Virus record (IMG/VR): IMGVR_UViG_3300046787_000438
Coordinates: 1-64,000 of that record
DNA: 64,000 nt
Source of the DNA: a virus
Direction: 5' to 3' (one strand)
The notes under the pieces were generated by a model that made no database searches, had not been told where the DNA came from, and was given only the letters and a program-made list of their open reading frames with translations. A program made the position numbers and the translations under genes. Shown here one piece after another: positions 8,259-18,274 of this stretch. Position 1 is the first letter of the stretch. The number at the start of each line of letters is the position of its first letter.

Positions 8259-11250
8259 AAGACGTCGCAGAAAACTAACGACTCTCATGAGTCGCCTAGA
8301 CGATAGGATGAAGGCTGTAGAGCTGCGCCCTATTAGCCTACTCACGCAAGCTCAGGTATCTGCTGCTGTAGATTCAGGCGCGGCAGATACTCCGCCAGCC
8401 GCATATGTAGGCCCAGATGCCCCCGCGAGATTTATAAAGATTGAAAGTGCCTATGTATATCCCAAAGGCATAGCTAACTCTAAACTTACCGAGGATAGGG
8501 TAGAGATATTCTTAGAGTCTACTCTAGGAGTGTCTAAAGATGGAATCCTAGAGATTCACGGTATTCACGGTACATCAACTCAGGCTATCGACGTAGATGG
8601 CAAAGCATTTAAGGTTATATCTACGGATACTGCCCCCTGGACTGATAGGCCATCATACGCCCAGAGCCCTACATCTGGTCAGCGCACTGGCGTTACTATA
8701 TCTAATACATACACGTTTAAGCCTGAAACTGTTGCACCAAAGACTTGGACATCTAAAAAAACTCTTATAACTAAAGTTGCTATTTCTACGTATGCAATTT
8801 CAGGCTCTACAGTGACCCTAGCCCTAGCCAGTGCCCACAAATTTGTTGTTGGCGACATACTGTACGTGGACATTTATGCTGCGGATTCGAGAGCTTACGG
8901 CGTTGATGGTTTAGTGAAGGTGACCGCGGTTACTAGCTCTAGCATCACCTATGTTCTAGATGCGGGAGTAGATACTCCTATAGCCGCCACTGCCCCCGAT
9001 ACTACGATGTACGTGTTCCCCGTGGCTAGACAATACCTAGCCGTAGGCTCTACCTGGGCAGACACTGCCAACAATATCCTGTATTACTGGGATGGAATAC
9101 GTTGGGTTGATTATAGTAAGGTTGCAGATCCAATACGGGATGGCGATCCTCCAGCTGCTCCCACTAGCCTAACGTTTGCTAACGATGATGTAGAGTTTTA
9201 TGGGAATAACTCCGTACCAGTAGCCACTTTTACTGTGAGCTGGACTGCCCCCGATAAAACTAAAGCTGGTAAGGCATTAACTGACCTAGTAGGGTATACC
9301 CTGAAGTGGCGTAAAAGTACCTCTGACCCGTGGACTTCAGCAGATATTCGTGGTGGGGCCACTACATACAAGTTCTCAGGGTCTGACATGCTGAAGCAGG
9401 GAACGCTTTATTACTTCTCTGTAATCGCATATGACAGTGGGCTTCAGGACTCAATCGCGCTGACTGGTACCCATACAACTAGAACGGGGCCAGTTAGCTC
9501 TCTACCAAACGTGCGACCTACACCTCTAACGGCTACTTCGTACATGGGGACTATAACCCTTACTTGGAACGGTAATATGGAGAACTCCTCTGGAGTAGTT
9601 CAGCCGATGCCACCAGGTGTATCCATGCTATACATCTATGCAGCAATAACTAGTGCATCATTTACTCCTACCGATGCAAATTTAATTGGAGTTATATCCG
9701 CTGTTACAGGTGCAAAATTAGTTTTTGCCGACGGAATAACCTACGGAACTAGTTACTACTTTAAAGCTAAAGTTATGGACGCCTCTGGACAGTCCTCGGG
9801 ATTCTCTGCACCCACTACCGCCAAAGCCGAATCTCTAGTTGATGCTAACGCTATTGCTGGAGTCATAGCTGCTGCAAATATAGTCCCTGGAACTATGGTT
9901 GTTGGCGACAAAATTACAGGAATGACCGTAACTGGGCAATTAGTACAGGGTATGGAGATTCATGGGAACCTAGTTAAAGCTAATACTATCGAGGCAGATA
10001 GGATCAAGGCTGGAGCAATAACTGCCAAGATTGTCCAAGGTGATGTAATTAGCAGTAAGCTATCCCAGACTGGTAATCGAGTTACTATGGATAGTACTGG
10101 TTTCTACGGGTATGACACTAATGGAAGTGTCACTTTTAGAGTATTAGCCAATACAGGCGCGGTATATATCGCTAGTGGAGTTCAAATTGGTGGCTATGCC
10201 ACTACGGACTCCTTAAACACCGTGTCAGCTACTGCTAGTACCGCTAAATCAACTGCTGATACTGCTAAGTCAACGGCCGATAGCGTCAATATAACGGTCA
10301 ATGGTAAGCTAGATAAGGGTAAAGCTGCCGATGATATAAATTATGGTTCTACGACTATAAATGGCGGCATGATAACCACTGGCTCTATTTCGGCAGATCA
10401 GATAGCCGCGTACACCATTACTGCTCTTGAAATTGACACTAACTACATATACGCTGGTGCTATTTCAGCTACTCAGATATCGGCTGGTACTCTAACTGGT
10501 AGGACAGTAAGGACAGCATCTAGTGGAACTCGTGTCCAAATGGACTCTGCTACGGATTCACTTAGATTTTTTAATGGATCTACTGAAGTAGGCACTATCT
10601 ATGGTGGTAGCGTGTCCACATACGGGCTAACTTTAGACAATAACTCTACGGAGAGCTTGCGACTACTTCCAGGAGCAATCTCGCTGGTAGGTTCTGGTGT
10701 AGGCATTAGGCTGTCTGCGGCAGCTACCAAAGCTAGCTCCATAATTAAATTAGACTCTGGAAGTTTAGATATCCCCGATCTATATGGAACGGGGTATGGA
10801 ATTGTTGGAGTTACTGCAGCTGGTAGGACGTTTAGATCTAGCTTGTCCCACACTTCCGTATCTAACAAGGTAGTTTACGTGGGCTCAGACGGGTTATTGA
10901 CTACGTCTAGCTCAGATGAGCGAATTAAGCAAAATATATCAGAGTTGCCGCTTGGTTTGGATTTTGTATCTAGATTAGAGCCTAAGCAGTATGAATTTAA
11001 ATATCACCCAGGTGTAGTCGAGTATGGTCTGCTGGCTCAGGAAGTTAAATCTTTACTACAAGAGTATGGATCGGAAGCTACCGAAACTATCGTCCCTATC
11101 GATGATTCTGACTGGGGTAAGGCGCATCTACCCGATGGACAGACCGATGCACTGCTCGGTATGGAATATGTTCGGCTTATACCTATACTAATCAACTCCA
11201 TTAAAGAGTTAAAGGCAAAGGTAGACGAACTCGAGCAGAGAGGTTTTTGA
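8248..11250 (+). CDS. Central tail fibre/spike with FN3 domains and a C-terminal intramolecular chaperone (peptidase S74-like)
   Basis: FN3 signatures (PAAPTSL..VSW.AP..GY...YYFSV.AYD); I.A..I.AG repeats; SSDERIKQNI chaperone motif; likely start ATG 8248. Confidence 0.85.
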   Translation: MGIRRRRRKLTTLMSRLDDRMKAVELRPISLLTQAQVSAAVDSGAADTPPAAYVGPDAPARFIKIESAYVYPKGIANSKLTEDRVEIFLESTLGVSKDGILEIHGIHGTSTQAIDVDGKAFKVISTDTAPWTDRPSYAQSPTSGQRTGVTISNTYTFKPETVAPKTWTSKKTLITKVAISTYAISGSTVTLALASAHKFVVGDILYVDIYAADSRAYGVDGLVKVTAVTSSSITYVLDAGVDTPIAATAPDTTMYVFPVARQYLAVGSTWADTANNILYYWDGIRWVDYSKVADPIRDGDPPAAPTSLTFANDDVEFYGNNSVPVATFTVSWTAPDKTKAGKALTDLVGYTLKWRKSTSDPWTSADIRGGATTYKFSGSDMLKQGTLYYFSVIAYDSGLQDSIALTGTHTTRTGPVSSLPNVRPTPLTATSYMGTITLTWNGNMENSSGVVQPMPPGVSMLYIYAAITSASFTPTDANLIGVISAVTGAKLVFADGITYGTSYYFKAKVMDASGQSSGFSAPTTAKAESLVDANAIAGVIAAANIVPGTMVVGDKITGMTVTGQLVQGMEIHGNLVKANTIEADRIKAGAITAKIVQGDVISSKLSQTGNRVTMDSTGFYGYDTNGSVTFRVLANTGAVYIASGVQIGGYATTDSLNTVSATASTAKSTADTAKSTADSVNITVNGKLDKGKAADDINYGSTTINGGMITTGSISADQIAAYTITALEIDTNYIYAGAISATQISAGTLTGRTVRTASSGTRVQMDSATDSLRFFNGSTEVGTIYGGSVSTYGLTLDNNSTESLRLLPGAISLVGSGVGIRLSAAATKASSIIKLDSGSLDIPDLYGTGYGIVGVTAAGRTFRSSLSHTSVSNKVVYVGSDGLLTTSSSDERIKQNISELPLGLDFVSRLEPKQYEFKYHPGVVEYGLLAQEVKSLLQEYGSEATETIVPIDDSDWGKAHLPDGQTDALLGMEYVRLIPILINSIKELKAKVDELEQRGF

Positions 11251-11254
11251 TTTA

Positions 11255-11716
11255 ATGTACTCAGTTAAGGACGGGGAGAGGACCTTACAGTTCAATGGGA
11301 CCCTACTTGCAAAATCTACTTCAGAACGAAATGGTGCCTATCGCTGGATAGAGTTTGAGCTATATCGTACAGATAGTGGATCTTATATTCTTTCTCGTAC
11401 GGGGGTGTCTTTGATATACCACGGAGCTGCATGCCCCCTAGTGTCGAGGTATCGACTCACCGAGGCACCCCAGGGAGAGCTTCAGGATGCAGCTGTACAG
11501 TGCGAAGAGTGTAGTCCAGACTCTAGTTTGGCTTTGATTTTTCCTGAAAAGTACCGCCACTGGGCTCAAATTACGGAGGATCCGTCAGACATAGTCAATG
11601 CCCTATATAAATATGATGATGCTCATGGCATTTACTACCTAACTGGAGTAGCTCAGCGTTTATTAAAGGATGCATCTAAAGTTGACTCTAAGATAAAAAG
11701 TGTGTATGCTACTTAA
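11255..11716 (+). CDS. Hypothetical protein
   Basis: 153-aa ORF with H/C and CxxC residues; fills the gap between flanking genes. Confidence 0.7.
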   Translation: MYSVKDGERTLQFNGTLLAKSTSERNGAYRWIEFELYRTDSGSYILSRTGVSLIYHGAACPLVSRYRLTEAPQGELQDAAVQCEECSPDSSLALIFPEKYRHWAQITEDPSDIVNALYKYDDAHGIYYLTGVAQRLLKDASKVDSKIKSVYAT

Positions 11717-11749
11717 ATAGTTTTATAGCCTCAATAGAAAAGACATTTA

Positions 11750-13567
11750 ATGACATCAGCTCTAGAGGGAGTTAATCTCCACCTTGTAGACACCGTAGAA
11801 AAAGCTCAGGCGTTTATGACCTGGCTGGGGGAGCGGCGTCCATTAAATGCTATTGCCATTGACACCGAGACTGGCGAGCTTCCAGGAAATCCAAAGAAAG
11901 ATGCTTTCTCCCCTTGGCATGGTCGCCTACGCCTAGTTCAGGTTGGTGATGGGCAGACTGGCTGGTCTATACCATGGGAAGATTGGAAGGGTGTTTTCTA
12001 TAACGCCATGGACCGTTTCGACGGACCTATTGTCTGCCACAATATCGCCTTCGAAGCTCGCTGGTTCGACGTTCAGTCTGACTGGGAACTTCCTTGGCAC
12101 CGTGCGCATGACACGATGATTATGTCGAAAATTATTAATCCTCTTGAGAGCGCTGCTCTAAAGGAGCTAACACGTGTCCACGTAGATCCTCGTGCAGCAG
12201 CACTCCAAAGTATCTTGGATCATGGGCTAGCTGATAACGGCTGGACATGGGGAACTGTACCTATCAACTACGAACCCTACTGGTCTTATGGTGCACTTGA
12301 TACAGTGCTAACTATGAAGCTCTTTGAAAAGTTTTGGGATCTGACTGCCCCTGGTAAGCCATATAGCATGGCCTACGAACTCGAGATGAATACTCGTCGT
12401 ATCACAACTAAAATGGAACTCAATGGTGCTCGTGTAGACCTTGAGTACTCCAAGAAAAAGTACGATGAACTCATCTCATACACCGAGCAGGTGTCCACTT
12501 GGGCGAAGCAGAACTATGGCCTAGGTATTGGAAGTAATCCCCAGCTGGTAAGGACGTTCGAGGGCCTGGGGGCCGAGATTACTGACTTTACTCCCTCTGG
12601 TCAGAAGTCTGCCTCGAAAGATCAACTGAAAAAGCTGACGATTGATGGCACCCCCGAAGTAAAGCAACTTGCAGATACTACCCTGAAGTACCGTCAGGCA
12701 CTTAAGGTTGCAAATACATATTTCTTAAACTTCTTGAACGACAATACAAATGGGCTAGTCCACCCGTCGATCAATACAATGGGCGCTCGTACTGGACGTA
12801 TGTCTATCCAGAATCCAGCGTTGCAGACCCTCCCAAAGGGTGACGATACAGTCCGTCGTGCATTTCTTCCTAAGGATGATGACCACGTAATCATCACTTC
12901 TGACCTTGACCAGGTCGAGTTCCGTATGTTTTCGTCCCTATCTCAAGACCAGAACTTGATTAACCTATTCAATCTTGCAGATGCGACTGGCTCTGACCCA
13001 TTCACCGAGATCGGTCGTGAAGTATATAACGACCCTTCTATGGTTAAATCAGACAAGCGACGTGGTCTCATCAAGGGCGTTGTGTATGGGCGTCTATATG
13101 GCGCTGGTGTATCTAAGCAAGCACTAACTGCTGGTGTTCCAGAAGACCAGATGCGTGCTGTGTCCAACGCGTTTGACGAGCGCTACCCTGGAATGCAACT
13201 ATTCCAGAAGGCAGTCGAAAAGCGTGGAACCGAGCGTCTTGAGACAGAAGGTCAGGGTTTCGTAAATACTTGGACTGGTCGTCGTATCCCTTGCGATGAA
13301 GACCGCGTATACACTCTTGTTAACTACCTAATTCAGGGCGGTGCAGCCGAGGTATTCAAGTCAAACCTAGTCAAACTTGACCAGGCTGACCTTACAGATC
13401 TACTTATTGTCCCTGTACACGATGAAATTGTGCTCAATGCCCCTCGCAAGGATGCAGAAGAAATCAAGGAACTTGTGCGTAGGTGCATGACAACTACCGA
13501 TGGCTGGGCCGTGCCTCTTACGGCAGATGCAGATGGCCCACTAGAAAACTGGGGAGAGAAGTACTAA
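11750..13567 (+). CDS. polA: DNA polymerase family A (3'-5' exonuclease + polymerase)
   Basis: ExoI DTET, ExoII HNIAFE, RTGRMS, motif A DLDQVEFR, motif B RRGLIKGVVYGRLYG, motif C VHDEI. Confidence 0.97.
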   Translation: MTSALEGVNLHLVDTVEKAQAFMTWLGERRPLNAIAIDTETGELPGNPKKDAFSPWHGRLRLVQVGDGQTGWSIPWEDWKGVFYNAMDRFDGPIVCHNIAFEARWFDVQSDWELPWHRAHDTMIMSKIINPLESAALKELTRVHVDPRAAALQSILDHGLADNGWTWGTVPINYEPYWSYGALDTVLTMKLFEKFWDLTAPGKPYSMAYELEMNTRRITTKMELNGARVDLEYSKKKYDELISYTEQVSTWAKQNYGLGIGSNPQLVRTFEGLGAEITDFTPSGQKSASKDQLKKLTIDGTPEVKQLADTTLKYRQALKVANTYFLNFLNDNTNGLVHPSINTMGARTGRMSIQNPALQTLPKGDDTVRRAFLPKDDDHVIITSDLDQVEFRMFSSLSQDQNLINLFNLADATGSDPFTEIGREVYNDPSMVKSDKRRGLIKGVVYGRLYGAGVSKQALTAGVPEDQMRAVSNAFDERYPGMQLFQKAVEKRGTERLETEGQGFVNTWTGRRIPCDEDRVYTLVNYLIQGGAAEVFKSNLVKLDQADLTDLLIVPVHDEIVLNAPRKDAEEIKELVRRCMTTTDGWAVPLTADADGPLENWGEKY

Positions 13568-14034
13568 TGACTGACTATGTATTGGCTATTGATCCAGGGA
13601 AAGCCACTGGAATGGCCCTATTTAGCCGCGAGGCGGGCGCAGAGCCTGTTATGGAGTGGTCTAGAGAGCTAGAGCAGTGGGAAGTTGCCGATGCCGTACG
13701 CGAGGTCCTATGGAATCCTGTAATGCGTAACCATCTCGATGTTGTCTGCGAGAGATTTGTCATCAATGCTCAGACGGTCCGTAACTCACAAGCCCCCTAC
13801 TCTTTGGAAGTAATCGGTATTGTAAAACAATGCCTACTAGATAACGGTAGAAAGATGGACGATATATACTTCCAGGCTCCTGCAAATGCTATGTCAATGT
13901 TCACCAACGAGGCACTGAAGAAGCTGGGCTACTGGCATCGTGGTGGAGCGGGCCATGCTCTGGATGCAATCCGACACGCCCTACTTAGACTTGTGTCTAA
14001 AGGCTGGAAACCAGTAAGATTGCTAGATAAATAA
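13567..14034 (+). CDS. RuvC-like Holliday junction resolvase
   Basis: VLAIDPGKATG, VVCERF, HALDA motifs; ATG overlaps the polA stop. Confidence 0.8.
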   Translation: MTDYVLAIDPGKATGMALFSREAGAEPVMEWSRELEQWEVADAVREVLWNPVMRNHLDVVCERFVINAQTVRNSQAPYSLEVIGIVKQCLLDNGRKMDDIYFQAPANAMSMFTNEALKKLGYWHRGGAGHALDAIRHALLRLVSKGWKPVRLLDK

Positions 14035-14060
14035 ATTTTTAAGTTATTATCAAAAAAAGC

Positions 14061-14089
14061 TTGCACACACGATTTTTTTCTGATAATAT
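14061..14089 (+). promoter_or_regulatory. Sigma70/SigA-type promoter TTGCAC-17-TAATAT (with TGn) inside an imperfect inverted repeat
   Basis: Sequence as stated; ATTATCA (14046-14052) and TGATAAT (14081-14087) flank it. Confidence 0.55.
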
Positions 14090-14117
14090 AGTTGTAGTAA
14101 CAGATTGGAGACCCTAA

Positions 14118-15956
14118 TTGGGTGTTTTTGTAGAACTAGATGGTGAGCACATCATTGTCAATGCCGAGTGGCGTCTAAAAGAGGTTTGCCGCTCACTTCC
14201 AGGTGCCAAGTGGGACTCAGACCGCAACGTTTGGCGCATCCCTGTTTCTTGGACTGGATGCCTATCCCTCCGCTCAACCTTTGGCGATCAGCTGGAGATT
14301 GGCCCTAACTTAGCTAAGTGGGCTACAGACGAGAAGATCAATCGTATCGATCCAAGCAACGTCTTACGTGAAATCGAAATGATGGAAGAGGGCGATGAAG
14401 ACCTGTTCCCTCACCAGCGTGCTGGCGTAGAGTTCCTCTCTAAGGCTCGTAGAGCTCTGCTAGCAGACGAACCAGGGCTTGGCAAGACTGCCCAGGCTAT
14501 CCGCGCTCTAAAACGCCTACATGACTCTGGAGAGCAGGTTTTTCCTGCCATGATCGTGTGCCCCAACACTTTGAAGACTAACTGGGAGCGCGAGTTTGAC
14601 CGCTGGTGGCCAGGTATCGATGTTCAGGTAGTTAAGGGCTCTGCAACCCAGCGTCGTAAGGCCTTCGAGCACGAGGCTCAGGTTTACGTTGTAAACTGGG
14701 AGTCTCTGCGCAGTCACTCGCGTCTCCTATCTTACGGAAGCATTGCGCTAGCCAGATGCACCGAGTGTGGTGGCCATGACAGTAAAATCAGCGCCTCCCG
14801 CTGTGAGGTACATCAGCGTGACCTAAACTTTATTAACTTCAAGTCAGTGGTTGCCGATGAGATTCACCGCTCAAAGGATCCTAAGTCTAAGCAGACTCGT
14901 GCCTTCTGGGCAGCATCTGGTAATGCAGACATTAGATTTGCCCTGACTGGTACTCCAATTGCTAACACTGTAGTTGACCTCTGGCCAATTCTTCACTGGC
15001 TAGATGCCAAAGAGTGGCCTAGTAAAACTAAATGGTTGGATCGTTACGTGAATACCATGATGAACGCCTTCGGCGGGCTCATGATTTTAGGTCTTAAGCC
15101 AGCTATGGAGTCAGAGTTCTTTGCTGGAATTAATCCTAGAATGCGTCGCATGCTGAAGTCGCGCGTTCTCCCTTGGCTGCCAGAGGTCATAAATGATCGT
15201 CGTGATGTTGAGATGGGCGCTAAGCAGGCTAAAGCCTATAAGCAAATGCTCGATCACATGATGTCGGTGTTGGACTCAACGCCCGAGGAGTTGCTAGCTG
15301 ATATCAACATCGATGCTGGAACCTTAGATGGCGGAGTTGTAGTGGCCCCTAACCCTCTAACTCAGGCGATGCGTCTAAATCAGTTTGCTAGTGCGTATGG
15401 CGTGATAGAGGTTACTGAAACAGGGGAAAAGATGCTTTTGTCAGACCCTTCTTGTAAGGTTGATGCTTTGATGGATGATATCGAGAGCGGAGACTTCGGA
15501 GAGGACTCTGTTGCAGTCTGTGCTGTCTCTCGGCAGCTAATCGAACTACTAAGCGCACGTATGCTCAAGGAAAAGATTCCACATGGACTAATTACTGGTG
15601 CACAGTCTGCTGAAGAGCGTCAGCAGGCAATCGATGATTTCCAGGCTGGCCGCACTAAGTGGATTCTTTTCACTGCCCAGGCTGGTGGTGTTGGGGTCAC
15701 CTTGACAACTGCGCGTCGACTTGTTATGCTTCAAAGACCATGGTCGCTTGTGGACTACAAGCAGGCCTTGGACCGTGTTCACCGAATTGGCTCTGAGATC
15801 CATGATTCGATTCTCATTACTGACTACGTGACTGCGGGATCCATCGAAGAGCGAGTAATTGAAGCTCTAGATGCTAAAGCACACAACTTTGAGCAGGTAG
15901 TTAAGGATAAGACCCAGCTCATGAAGATGCTCGTTGAGAGCAGAAAGGAACTCTGA
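14118..15956 (+). CDS. SNF2-family (SF2) helicase
   Basis: LADEPGLGKT, VADEIH, LTGTP, GGVGVTL, QALDRVHRIG motifs. Confidence 0.93.
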   Translation: MGVFVELDGEHIIVNAEWRLKEVCRSLPGAKWDSDRNVWRIPVSWTGCLSLRSTFGDQLEIGPNLAKWATDEKINRIDPSNVLREIEMMEEGDEDLFPHQRAGVEFLSKARRALLADEPGLGKTAQAIRALKRLHDSGEQVFPAMIVCPNTLKTNWEREFDRWWPGIDVQVVKGSATQRRKAFEHEAQVYVVNWESLRSHSRLLSYGSIALARCTECGGHDSKISASRCEVHQRDLNFINFKSVVADEIHRSKDPKSKQTRAFWAASGNADIRFALTGTPIANTVVDLWPILHWLDAKEWPSKTKWLDRYVNTMMNAFGGLMILGLKPAMESEFFAGINPRMRRMLKSRVLPWLPEVINDRRDVEMGAKQAKAYKQMLDHMMSVLDSTPEELLADINIDAGTLDGGVVVAPNPLTQAMRLNQFASAYGVIEVTETGEKMLLSDPSCKVDALMDDIESGDFGEDSVAVCAVSRQLIELLSARMLKEKIPHGLITGAQSAEERQQAIDDFQAGRTKWILFTAQAGGVGVTLTTARRLVMLQRPWSLVDYKQALDRVHRIGSEIHDSILITDYVTAGSIEERVIEALDAKAHNFEQVVKDKTQLMKMLVESRKEL

Positions 15957-16894
15957 TGAGTGTAGTTCCAGTACGTATCTCTAACTCAGAGATTCAGACA
16001 TTTAAAGATTGTCGTCGCCGTTGGTGGCTGACCTATTACCGTCGTCTAAAGCCAAAGGTCACAGAATTTACAGGCGCACTAGCCCTAGGTTCGCGCATTC
16101 ACGAGGCCCTAGACCGCCACTACTCGACTGGTCAAGACCTACTAGAGGCTCATGCAGATTTAGTTCGTGAAGACTTGAAGAAGATGAATGACAGCTATCG
16201 AGACACAACCAATCTAGAAGCTGACGCGGAATTGGGTCGTGTAATGCTAGAGGGTTACCTAGAGTGGGTAGAGCATGAGGGTATTGATGCAGAACTAGAG
16301 ATGATCTCTACAGAAGAAATCTTGGAGCGTCCGATGATGGATGGCCGAGTAATTCTTCAAGGAAAGATCGACATGCGTGTTCGTCGTAAGATCGATGGTG
16401 CTCGCATGATCCGCGACTTTAAAACTGTAGGCGGGTCGTTCGCTGACTTTGGGTCCATGGCTCACATGAACGAGCAGGTCAAGACTTATATGCTTCTGGA
16501 TGAAGTTCAGAGTGCAGAAGACGGTAATCGTACTGATGGTGCCATTTTTACGATGCTTCGTAAGGTTAAGCGCGGTGCTTATGCTAAGCCACCGTTCTAC
16601 GACCAGATCGAAGTTCGTCACAATAGATTTACACTTCGCGCCTTCCTAGAGCAGTTGGAAGGCACTCTCGAAGACATGCTCCGCGTCCGTGACGCGCTGG
16701 ATGAAGGAGGGAGCCACTTTAAGCACGTCTACCCGAAGCCGAGTAAAGACTGCAAGTGGAAATGTCAATTCTTCGCTACCTGCCCGCTGTTTGACGACGG
16801 CTCGGCAGCAGAGGCCGCTCTGAGCGATGCGTTTGTGTCATCCGACCCATACGGTTACTACGGAATCGAAGAAAAGAAGGGAAGTGAGGAGTAA
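15956..16894 (+). CDS. PD-(D/E)XK exonuclease (RecB/Cas4-like)
   Basis: SNSEIQTFKDC, GSRIHEAL, GKID, DFKT, C-terminal CKWKCQF..TC. Confidence 0.85.
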   Translation: MSVVPVRISNSEIQTFKDCRRRWWLTYYRRLKPKVTEFTGALALGSRIHEALDRHYSTGQDLLEAHADLVREDLKKMNDSYRDTTNLEADAELGRVMLEGYLEWVEHEGIDAELEMISTEEILERPMMDGRVILQGKIDMRVRRKIDGARMIRDFKTVGGSFADFGSMAHMNEQVKTYMLLDEVQSAEDGNRTDGAIFTMLRKVKRGAYAKPPFYDQIEVRHNRFTLRAFLEQLEGTLEDMLRVRDALDEGGSHFKHVYPKPSKDCKWKCQFFATCPLFDDGSAAEAALSDAFVSSDPYGYYGIEEKKGSEE

Positions 16895-17664
16895 TGTCAG
16901 ACGTCGATCGCAGTTTAACAATTATGGTTTATGGCGAATCTAAAGTTGGTAAGTCCAGCTTTGCAGTCACGGCACCATACCCACGCCTAATGCTTGATGT
17001 TGAGGGCGGACACCGTTTCCTCCCGATCAACGTAAAGTATTGGGATCCACTTACTGAGGAGCCACCACTGGCAGACGGGACTTGGGACACAGTTGTAGTT
17101 AAGGTAAACAACTACGACGTTGTCATGAAGGCCTTTCAGTGGTTGCAGTCAGGTAAGCACCAGTTCAAATCTTTGATCATCGACTCAATCTCTGAGTTGC
17201 AGGTCAAGTGCATGGACAACATTGCGGGAACCGAACAGATGAAGATGCAGCAGTGGGGCGAATTGCTTCGCCACATGGGTGCACTACTTCGTGATCTTCG
17301 TGACCTAACAATGCACCCTACTCAGCCTCTCGAGGCTGTAGTACTGACTGCTATGGCACGTAAGGGTCAGGACGGCGTTTACCGTCCTTATCTACAGGGT
17401 CAGCTAGCAATTCAGGCCCCGTATTTCTATGACATTCTGGGCGCAATCACCGTGGAGACGGAACCAAATCCAGATCCAATGCAGCCAGCATTCAAGGTAA
17501 GACGCATGTATGTAGAGCGTACCCCTGAATGGGAAGCTGGAGAGCGCGTTCAAGGACGTCTCGGTAAAGTAGTACAGCAGCAAGACCTTGGTGTCGAGCG
17601 CATGCTGGATATGGTCTTCGGAGAGAAGAAGGCTGCAACAACAACAACAAAGAAAGCAGAGTAA
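16894..17664 (+). CDS. AAA ATPase, Sak4-like single-strand annealing protein
   Basis: Walker A GESKVGKS, LDVEGG, IIDSISE; sits between the exonuclease and SSB. Confidence 0.8.
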   Translation: MSDVDRSLTIMVYGESKVGKSSFAVTAPYPRLMLDVEGGHRFLPINVKYWDPLTEEPPLADGTWDTVVVKVNNYDVVMKAFQWLQSGKHQFKSLIIDSISELQVKCMDNIAGTEQMKMQQWGELLRHMGALLRDLRDLTMHPTQPLEAVVLTAMARKGQDGVYRPYLQGQLAIQAPYFYDILGAITVETEPNPDPMQPAFKVRRMYVERTPEWEAGERVQGRLGKVVQQQDLGVERMLDMVFGEKKAATTTTKKAE

Positions 17665-17670
17665 TAAATT

Positions 17671-18219
17671 ATGAGTACTGTAAATTTCGCAGAACTTTAC
17701 GCTAAGGCTGGAGATGCCGCGGCTAGCACCAACTACGAGCCTCTACCAGAGGGTGACTACGAGCTTAAGGTGGTGGAGGCTACTGCAACAACTACCTCCA
17801 CGGGAAAGCTTATGTTCAAGCTAACTACTGAAGTTCAGGGTGGCCCTTACGCTAAGCGTCGCATCTGGGACCAGTGGGTTGTTTCAGCAGATAACGAAAC
17901 TGCAATGAACATCTTCTTTGGTAAGGGTGCTGCACTCGGTCTTTCTAAGGACTACTGGTTGGCAAACCCTACTCCTGCTCAGGTTGAGCAGGCTCTTGCA
18001 CACCGCACCTTCCGTGGAAAGATTGCTATCCGTACTTACAACGGTAAGCAGGGCAATGAGATCAAGAGCTACTTCCCTTCACAGGGAGTGGCTGCTGCAG
18101 CTACCGCTGCACCAGTAGCTGCTGCTCCAGCACCAGCACCTGCTCCAGCTGCTGCTCCAGCACCAGCACCTGCTCCAGCTCCAGCAGCACCAATCGCTAG
18201 CGCAGATACACCGTTCTAA
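17671..18219 (+). CDS. ssDNA-binding protein (DUF669-like) with a Pro/Ala linker
   Basis: YEPLPEGDY, GNEIK motifs, (PA)n linker and C-terminal DTPF. Confidence 0.8.
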   Translation: MSTVNFAELYAKAGDAAASTNYEPLPEGDYELKVVEATATTTSTGKLMFKLTTEVQGGPYAKRRIWDQWVVSADNETAMNIFFGKGAALGLSKDYWLANPTPAQVEQALAHRTFRGKIAIRTYNGKQGNEIKSYFPSQGVAAAATAAPVAAAPAPAPAPAAAPAPAPAPAPAAPIASADTPF

Positions 18220-18230
18220 TAAAGCTGTAC

Positions 18231-18254
18231 GCGGGGCATCGAAAGGTGCCCCGC
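18231..18254 (+). terminator. GC-rich hairpin terminator after ssb
   Basis: GCGGGGCATC-GAAA-GGTGCCCCGC; no U-tract. Confidence 0.7.
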
Positions 18255-18274
18255 TACACCTATCTAGGGATATT

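Noticed and set aside
15956-16894. Cas4 as part of a CRISPR system
   Set aside because: No cas1/cas2 or array; context (Sak4-like ATPase, SSB) indicates a recombination exonuclease
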